A stretch of DNA of 64,000 nt, from assembly GCA_951406725.2 (NCBI GenBank), contig OX597837.1, forward strand, positions 8,990,001 to 9,054,000. Direction: 5' to 3'. Within the stretch, counting starts at the first letter, position 1, and every line of letters starts with the position of its first letter. Source of the DNA: Octopus vulgaris. Lineage: Eukaryota. This document shows, piece by piece, positions 55,275-64,000 of this stretch. The notes under the pieces are model-generated. The model did not search any database, was not told where the DNA came from, and saw only the letters and a list, made by a program, of their open reading frames with translations. The position numbers and the translations under genes were made by a program.

Positions 55275-55516
55275 CTGAATATCTAAGAATAAGTTTATAA
55301 TGTCTTATTACTCCCAACAACATATCAATTCTCGCTGATAAGAATAACGTTTCTAAGACGAATAAAAAAATTGGAAAGAACACCTTGGTCCAACGGCAGA
55401 ATGCCTGCTATGTCTGCAACAGATGTGGGTTTGAGTCCCATGAACGGCCTTTGAATATTTTCTACTCTGTATGTATATGTGTGTATGTGTGTGTGAGTAT
55501 GTATCTTTTATTTTTT

Positions 55517-55888
55517 CAATCACTATGTTGCGGCCCTGCTGCAGCACCGCCTGAAGAATGTTTATTCGAATAAATCGAACCAAGAATTTAGCTTTCTTTT
55601 CTCTTCCTTTAAGCCTGGTATTTATTCTTTTGCCGAACTGCTAGGTACAGGGACATAAATATATCAACACCGGTGGAGAACAAAGACATAAAAAACACAA
55701 ATACACACACATATATATTTATATACGACGGGCTTCTTTCAGTTTCCTTTTATCAAGTCCACTCATAAAGCTTTGGTCAACCTGAGGCTATAGAAGAAGA
55801 CACTTGCCCAAGATGCCACGCAGTGGGACTGAACCCAGAACCATGTGGTTGGGAAACAAACTTCTTATCACTCAGGCACACCTGCGCC
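55517..55888 (-). mobile_element. Family D SINE
   Basis: cgacgggcttctttcagtttcc...gaagacacttgcccaagatgccacgcagtgggactgaacc. Confidence 0.88.
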
Positions 55889-56695
55889 TTAAAACCTCTC
55901 CCATATATATATGTGTGTGTGAGTATACAGGTATACATGTGTGTATACTTCTACATGCTTTCTTATTTTATTATTATTTCTTTAATCTAAGACCACATAT
56001 GATATACAAGACGATTTGGTTGCTATTTCTAGCAAAGGTCGAGTATATTATACCGCAAATGCATAACAACACATCGTTCCCCTTCACGTAAAATGAAATG
56101 AAAAGCAGAACCTTCCAAACAACTTCAATTCTACACCCACCCGTAAAAAAAAGTGAAAACAAGCAGAAAAAAGTCCTACTTCCCCAACAACAACAACAAG
56201 AATAATAACTACAACAAAAACAAAAACAAAATGAAATATGAATTAATAAAAAAAAAATGAGAAACATTCCTACAAAAACAAATTAAGAATTACACTATTT
56301 ATATTTGGAAATATTATCGAAGTGTAGAACTAACAAGAATTTTAATTAATCTGTGAATATCAAATTCTATTTTATTCAATATTTCAAAATAGATAAAAAG
56401 AAGATAAAAAATATAAGGAAAAATAAAAACAAATACAAACGTATAAATATAACGAAATAAATAATTAACAAAACACAGATTATATTAAAAGAGTGAATAA
56501 AAATTGATTATAAGTCATGCTGGAATTTTGTATTCTTGTCACGAAAAGTCTGCTAATATCATAGAAACGTTTCCATTATGGAAGGTCTTTATAAAGAATT
56601 TTTCTAAAGGTGCTTCCCAGATAGATTATGCATGTAATCTTAACAGAATACGTAGATGGAAATTCTCTATCTTTAGAAATATATAAACCTTAGCA

Positions 56696-56728
<33 letters not shown>

Positions 56729-56756
56729 TTCTTTCTTTCCCACTCTTATCTTGCTG

Positions 56757-56906
56757 TAGTAATAGTAGTAGTGGTGATGACGATTGTTGTGGGTTTTATG
56801 GTACTACTACTATTACTACTACTACTGTAGTAGTAGTAGTACTAGTAGTAGTATTGGTAGTAGTAGTAATATTAGTAGTTGTAGTAGTAGTAGTAGTAGT
56901 AGCAGT

Positions 56907-56990
<84 letters not shown>
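56757..56990. repeat. (AGT)n/(AGC)n microsatellite
   Basis: Direct reading. Confidence 0.96.
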
Positions 56991-57004
56991 TCTTGATATT
57001 GTTG

Positions 57005-57046
<42 letters not shown>

Positions 57047-57054
<8 letters not shown>

Positions 57055-57206
57055 TTAGGGTATCTAAGAGACACCACCACGCTGGAAATAGCAGTCAAAA
57101 CTTGACTCTAAAACCACATTAAATGTTCATTTAATGTCGTTTTAGAGTCAGGTTTTGACTGTCATTTCCAGCGTGGAGGTATCTCTTAGATACCCTAAAT
57201 AATAAT
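57047..57206. repeat. Long hairpin (~78-bp arms, tiny loop)
   Basis: atttagggtatctaagagacacc...accacattaaatg / catttaatgtcgttttagagtc...ctcttagataccctaaat. Confidence 0.9.
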
Positions 57207-57304
57207 TTTAAATAATTATCACATTTGAAAAGTTTTTATTACCATACATGCCACCTGATAAGATCGGTATTGAAATATCGATCTTATCCTTATTTATGTA
57301 AATT

Positions 57305-57335
<31 letters not shown>

Positions 57336-57404
57336 ATATATATATATATTTATTATATATATATATAAGTGTGTGTGTGTGTGTGTATATAAAAGACATA
57401 CACT

Positions 57405-57620
57405 AAATACACAGGCGAACAGAAAGCACAGAAGATCCCTCGACCGTCCACTAATAGTCTCTGTTTGTCATGTTTTCGTCCCATTCTCCGCAAGTTTCTT
57501 GTCGGTGCCTGAAGAATGCAAGCAATATTATCGATAATGATCGAAATTGCGTTAGACCTCCTGACCGATAACTGATGAGGCGTTGGTGACCTTCTGTGTT
57601 TTCTGTTCACCCGTCTATTT
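57405..57620. repeat. Element with 33-bp imperfect terminal inverted repeats
   Basis: aaatacacaggcgaacagaaagcacagaagatc vs gaccttctgtgttttctgttcacccgtctattt. Confidence 0.75.
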
Positions 57621-57764
57621 GGTTTATTCGTTTGTTAATTTACTACACGTTTTCTTTTAATTATATAGGTCTGTCAAATTTTCCGTGATCTCTTTTATTT
57701 AATCCTGAAAATATTATTTCTGTAATCCACGCACTCCTTAAAGTTTTACCCTATATATATATGT

Positions 57765-58066
57765 GAAGGCGCATGGCTCAGTGGTTAGAGCGTCGAGCTT
57801 ACGATCGTGAGGTTGTGAGCTCGAATCCCGGACCGGGCTGCGTGTTGTGTTCTTGAGCAAGGCACTTTATTTCACGTTGCGACGTCACAGGTGCCAAGCT
57901 GTATCGGCCTTTGTCTTTCCCTTGGATAACACTGGTGGCGTGGAGAGGGGAGGCCGGTATGCATGGGCGACTGCTGGTCTTCCATAAACAACCTTGCCCG
58001 GACTTGTGTCTAGGAGGGTAACTTTCTAGGTGCAATCCCATGGTCATTCATGACCGAAGGGGGTCT
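57765..58066 (+). mobile_element. Family C tRNA-derived SINE in (TA)n
   Basis: gaaggcgcatggctcagtggttagagcg (A box), gagctcgaatccc (B box), tgtgttcttgagcaaggcactt core; TA runs on both flanks. Confidence 0.92.
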
Positions 58067-58072
58067 TTTTTT

Positions 58073-58125
<53 letters not shown>

Positions 58126-59649
58126 GGCGCCGCTAGATCGGGATTTCTGTTCCTAGACCGAATGGTGATTATGTTTTAGAGCAAAATACTTCTTCTCATG
58201 CTGCTATACGGTCACTTCGACCTCAGACACGTAGTATATATATTCACCAGTTCAGGTAAGGTCAATATGGTGGAGTGAGTGACCTAATGTTCGGCACTAT
58301 AAAGAAATCATTTATGCAAGTCATTCGGCAAAGCCGAACTGTCACACGTCATCTTCGACGGGAGACGGGAAAGTTTGACATTCGCTCTTCTGATTCCGAT
58401 AAAGAATCTACCTGTGCAGATCAGTATTCAAGACCATAAAGAATTTTTCAAAATTGTACAGAGAGGTTCTTAAACATGCGGCCTTATTTTTTGCTATATA
58501 AGCGTTGTTTCGGCTCCAGGAACGTCTTTGATTAAAATATCTCCATTCATTCTATCTTCACTTGCTCGATCCGTTTTTATTTTTCAGTTTATTTAATAGT
58601 AGAGTATCATTAAGATGCGTCAATGTGATTTTTCTTAAACGTGATAGAGTGAAGATTTGAAAGAAGTTTGACCATTATTTCTACCAAGACGTTTTGATTG
58701 TACGTTTCGCAGCAGCTGTATCGAAATGAATAGTGGATAATTAGTAAAGAGATTTGTTAATTAGTCATGCCGTGATAAATATTGACACTGAGACTAAGTT
58801 AACAGCTACAATCCATTAATTGTATTTATTTGCACTCATACGTAGGACTTGGCAAAATAGATCTAGGAACATTTCAAAAATATGCACCAACATTTCAAAA
58901 CAAGATTCTACTTTGGTCATACTACGCAGTCTCACGAGAACTAAAAATAAGAGCTAAATTTCCTTCGTCGTTGTCTAGTACCAAACATGTAAACATATTG
59001 ATAAATGGATTTATCTTGCGTGCCCCTAAGTCATGTCTCTGGTTATTTAATCTTACCTGGTTTTAAACAGTTTCTTTTTGGCCATTTCACCGCCTAGAAA
59101 TAGATGTCGGCCATATTGTACAAACAAGGGAAAACACATTTTACTATGTTGTCCTATGTATTAGATTAATATATAAATATATAAACTCTTGACATAATAT
59201 GCATTCTAGATAAATCTTCACCATCTCCTTTTTCTTTTTATGTTTGGTCATAAATAGCCATAGCCATTTAGAAGTTTGTACTGTATTGTTATGGATTAAG
59301 CGGAAGCATAAAGTGTAAAATTCATCCTATTTTTACCTACACCGACACTCGTGGCACGCGATGGAAGATGGAGAAAATATGAGCCTAACAGTCAATCTTC
59401 AGTCAGAGCCTATGTTCTGAATCCTGGCAGCAAAATGGTCTCAACTAGAACTGAACTTCACAAGTGACTCGGTGATTAATGCATTTCACTTAACTGCCTT
59501 CATTTTCCACTTCATACTCAAAGAGAGCCTAATATCCGACAAATATAAATGAGGAGCTGAAAGATGGAAAATATCTCACATATCAGCATAACACTGCAAA
59601 ATAGGATTGATATAAATGTCAATGGTTTGTCTATTTTATTATGTAAGGA

Positions 59650-59873
59650 GCATGGCCATCGGTTTCCTGGTTTTTCTAGCGTATATATTCTTCCCTGGAC
59701 GGGATACCGGTCCGTTGCAGAAATATTCATTTTCACCAGCTGAGTGGAATTGGACCGACTTAAAATTAAGGATTTTGCTCAAGAATACAACGCATCGCAC
59801 GTTCTAGGAATCGAAACTACAATTCTACGATCATGTTTCGAACATCGCTAACCACTAAGCCACGGACCTCCAC
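59650..59873 (-). mobile_element. Old tRNA-derived SINE fragment
   Basis: ttttgctcaagaatacaacgca...ggaatcgaaac...ctaaccactaagccacggacctccac. Confidence 0.7.
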
Positions 59874-60814
59874 CTGAAGCTAATAATGGTTTCAAATTTT
59901 GACAGACGGCCAGCAATACCGGGTGGAAGCTGAGACGATCATGAGTCCAAAACGGTTACCACTAAGCTATACACGGCCACATAAATGCCAATGGATTCAC
60001 ATAAAGCATCTTCTTCAAATGATGTGTAGCAAAAGCTGATCCTATTACATGTATACCGATTCTTGTTTGAATCCGTATAGTGAAGCTCTCTGTAATTATT
60101 TAATTCCATAGTTATAGGCGCCAAATACTCCCCAGTCTAAGCATGGCGTTTTTATAACGTAAGTGTCCATAAATTAATGCAACGCAATGCAATAAATCGT
60201 AACGTAACACGAACGGATTACAGTTGTAATGATAATGGCCGTAGGTCTTCACTACGAATAATTAAACTTCACCCTTAGAATAGCCTTGTCAGCGAAGAGT
60301 AGCCTTCACCTGAACTTACTACCGCAGGAATGTAAGCAGTAGTATATAAGTATACAAGACTGCATTAATTAGAGTAGTGAAGTAAGAGTATATTCACAAA
60401 ATACATTATACGAGGACGCCATTTACATAAAAGAAATACTTAAGTTTGTATAAATATATTTAATGCGGGAGCCATTAAAATGAGTTAACAAAAAATAATT
60501 AATGGTGAGACACACATAAACTGATAGAATAGTTAAGTTAGTGTTAATATATTTTAATTCGGAAAGTATTGAAATCTAACGAGAAATAATTATGCAGTGA
60601 GGAAGAAACAAATTTTGTTACCGACTAAAAAAATATTTAAATTATTTTCAGCAATCATGGTAAAAACTGTGACTTCATTAGAAAAGCAGAGAAGCCATTA
60701 TAGAATCCGACAAACCAAAAAACCATAATAATGTTAACGCAAATGAGAAAGGAAAGAAAATTAAAGCAATCTGACAAGAGGTAACAAGATTTCGAATCAA
60801 AATCTAAATTTACG

Positions 60815-61213
60815 CAGGCGCAGACATGGCTCGGAGTTAGGAACTTCGCGTCTCAGCCAAATGCATCCGAGTTCGTGCCACTGTGTGACCCCTCGGTCAA
60901 GTGTCTTCTGTTATGGCCCCGGGCCGACCAAAGTATTGTGAGTGAATTCGGTAGAGGGAAACTGAAAGAAGCCTGTTATAAATATGTATGTGTGTCCGTG
61001 TGCTTTTGTGTGCGTGCGTCCCCCTCACCCTGCTTAACAACCGACCGGTGTGGGTTTGCTGACCTCCCCGTAACTTAGTGTTTCGCGAACAGAGGCCGAT
61101 AGAATAAATAATAGATGTTAATAAAGAAGTACTGGATTTGATGTGTTCGAGCAAAAATCCCCCATGACTGTAGTCCAATGAATGAAATGTTTAAACGATG
61201 AACGATTAAAAAG
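60815..61213 (+). mobile_element. Degenerate full-length family D SINE
   Basis: ggtcaagtgtcttctgttatggccccgggccgaccaaag...ggaaactgaaagaagcc...ccccgtaacttag...catgactgtagtccaatgaatgaaa. Confidence 0.85.
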
Positions 61214-61923
61214 ACCTCCATGAAAGACAGTTTATTCCCCTATCCTCCATGTCTGATCTTAGCCATTAGAATGTAATGGCGAATGGCGTTCATTACATGT
61301 AACTCATAACATTAAATCTTTCTACAGAACTACACGGATTCATTGCTGTTTTTTTTTCAGTCTTTTACAACAAGTCTCTTTGAAAAGGTCATTCGTAAGA
61401 TTATTCAAGATGTCTGAATTTTAATATGAAAGGATGATGTAATATAAACAAAGAGTGAAATTGCTAAATGAGACCTGCAAAAAATAATTGTAAAAATGTC
61501 TCTTAATTTCATTCGAAAAGAAAATTGTAATAATGAATTCTGGTGTTGATACAAGCGAAGAGAATTTGCAATGGCAATGGTCACACTCTATTAAATCATC
61601 CGTCGTTCATGACTAGTAATTAATTGGTTAACATCAAACGGATAAAAGGAAGACAAGATGGGTCTTCCATAATTCTGAAACCCCAATCGCAAATGGAGCA
61701 GATTAAATGTCATTAGGATTTTACGCTTTTAGTGTTATTTGATAATCAACTGTTCTAGAAAATGTGGATGATTATATTAACACTAAACAGAACTCCAGCT
61801 ACTACAATTAATAATAATGGGGATGATGATGAGGAAGATGATGATGATAAGGATGATGATGATGAAAATGAGGATGATCATGTTGATGATGATCATCATG
61901 AGGATGATAGTAACAACAGCATC

Positions 61924-62293
61924 ATGACCTGATGCAATAACAGGTTGTGGCTCACGTGGCTGCTGATCTGAACTGATTGGAACAATTGTTGGTATTTGGG
62001 CAAACCTTCAAGTTTTATGTTCAAATTTCACCTCGGTCATCTTTGTATTTCATCCTTCCGAGGTTCATAATAATGCTGATCTGAACTGATTGGAAGTGTT
62101 AAAATATATATGTTTTGTCTTGGTGTAAAAGATGGCCTACAGCAAATATTATGCTCAATACCACACATATTTGCTTGTCCGTTGTTTGACCATAATCAGT
62201 GGAGCATGTCCGTTAGTGGGTGATGATATGTGCATTGGGGAGCATTATTGCCAAGTGTCGAAAGGGAATTTTGGGTGTCTGACTAAATCACCC
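61924..62293 (+). mobile_element. Degenerate 5' half of the (TAA)n-associated element with a family A-like fragment inserted
   Basis: Reverse-complement match to 63160-63438; gctgatctgaactgattggaa occurs twice around catccttccgagg insert. Confidence 0.78.
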
Positions 62294-62368
62294 TAAGAAA
62301 CATGAGTGTCTCCGTCAACAATAGTTTTTGTATGTACGTATACATACATACACACACACACACACACA

Positions 62369-62427
<59 letters not shown>

Positions 62428-62430
<3 letters not shown>

Positions 62431-62530
62431 CTGCTTGCTTAGCCAGCGGGGTGGCGTCATTTGAAGGCTAAAACAATGCGAAGCGCATAGTGACCAGCGA
62501 TGTGTAGCAACATCTGATAACCTGGTCGTA
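62428..62530 (+). mobile_element. Isolated SINE/LINE 3' tail in (TA)n
   Basis: ggcctgcttgcttagccagcggggtggc...gtgaccagcgatgtgt matches reverse complement of ~1495-1594. Confidence 0.85.
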
Positions 62531-62540
62531 AAAGAAGAGG

Positions 62541-62586
<46 letters not shown>

Positions 62587-62827
62587 AAGAGAGAAATTAA
62601 GAAATGGAGTCAAACGCAGGTGTTATTCAAATTCATTTAAACTTCCATCTATCGTAGGTTTCGGAAACAGCATTGAGTAATATCCTTGCATTTATGTGAA
62701 TTTGTGCTACCCTGGAAACTATTTACTTATATGCTCTTTTACTTGTATATATATGTATATACATATACATAATAAATTCCACCACCTCCTCCTCCCCGTC
62801 TTCGTTTCTTCTTCTTGGTGTTATTTA

Positions 62828-62880
<53 letters not shown>

Positions 62881-63438
62881 GAGTGAGAGAGCAGTGCATG
62901 ACATCAAAGTGACACTGGGGTAAAATATACGAAGCCCAGTATAGCCATCATGACTACCCGTTTGATAAGGGGACACTAGGCACATGCATCACGACCATAT
63001 ATGCGTGACACGATGATCTCATATCAAGATAAACAGAACATGAACTTTCAGTTTGGGGCCCAGATAGAACTTCTTTCTAGTTGAGTAACCAATCCCGCAA
63101 AAAAGGTCCCTGAATAAGGGTTGTTTAAGAATGCTGAATGAAAAACCCATGTTTCCAGAAGTGAATTATTCAAACCCCAAAGAATCCCTCTCAACACATG
63201 GCTATGATGCTCCCCCACTACTTCTGCTTGTGACCAGAGATGCACATATCGTCAGCCACTAAGGGGCATGCTCAACTGGTTAAGGTCAAACAACTGACAA
63301 GCAAATCTGTGGTATTGAGCAGAATATTTGCTGTAGCCCATCTTTTATACCAAGACAAAACAACGTACATGATAACACTTCCAATCAGTTGAGATCAGAA
63401 TTCACGAGAGCCACTACCTGGTACTGCATCAGGGCATT
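62881..63438 (-). mobile_element. ~560-bp non-coding element embedded in (TAA)n
   Basis: (TTA)n on both flanks; two further copies in window; no ORF with TE motifs and no clear A/B boxes. Confidence 0.85.
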
Positions 63439-63523
<85 letters not shown>

Positions 63524-63772
63524 CATTATTCATCATCATTATCAGTAATATAATTAATATTCTTCTTTTCCTTCTTCTTTCTTCTTCTTCTTCTTCTTCT
63601 TCTTCTCCTTCTTCTTCTTCTTCTTCTTCTTCTTCTCCTCCTACTTGTTGTTGTTGTTATTATTATTATTAATATTATTACTGTTATTATCATCATTTTC
63701 ATTATCTTCGCCATAATACAATTGTATCTATATCTATATTCCTTGCAAGCAGCTGTAATATGCAGAAGTAAA

Positions 63773-63822
<50 letters not shown>

Positions 63823-64000
63823 TACATTCACATAAATATATGCGTGTGTGGGGGGGGGTCCGTAACTAGATGAAGGCATAAAGCAAATCTAAATGAATAT
63901 ATACATATAAAATATACATTTCCTGATCAGAACCAGTTTAATCTTTAATCAATAGCTGTTACCTAGAATTTCAAAATTGTATATTTCATGGTGATATCAT

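Noticed and set aside
57505-57585. Hammerhead (ctgaaga...cgaaa; ctgatga)
   Set aside because: Stems I and II do not pair convincingly in this copy; at best degenerate
57765-57840. tRNA gene (also 12475, 31168 heads)
   Set aside because: A/B boxes present but no proper acceptor stem; continues into SINE body
59939-60124. Possible PolB/other coding relic
   Set aside because: YTDS-like resemblance too weak and motif order not consistent

Overview
AT-rich, microsatellite-saturated eukaryotic non-coding DNA (intronic or intergenic). No intact protein-coding gene, rRNA, genuine tRNA or CRISPR array is supportable. The SINE types and the density of (TA)n/(TAA)n/(TATC)n tracts suggest an octopus/cephalopod genome (inference). 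Content: (1) at least four tRNA-headed SINE families, one forming head+(184-bp)n arrays; (2) 3' fragments of non-LTR retrotransposons, each sitting in a specific microsatellite: R4/Dong-like REL element in (TAA)n, two Tx1-like elements in (TATC)n and (TC)n, and a non-coding (TAA)n-embedded element; (3) Penelope-like (PLE) remnants, one with a twin-priming-type 5' inversion and two carrying minimal U3-A8 hammerhead ribozyme motifs downstream of GIY-YIG C-termini; (4) mariner and Tc1 transposase relics, a non-autonomous Helitron, several long fold-back/MITE-like hairpins, and a local duplication bracketed by near-identical inverted arms. The most notable items are the minimal hammerheads, the microsatellite-partitioned retroelement set and the multimeric SINE arrays. 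Coordinates were read by eye and may be off by a few bases.
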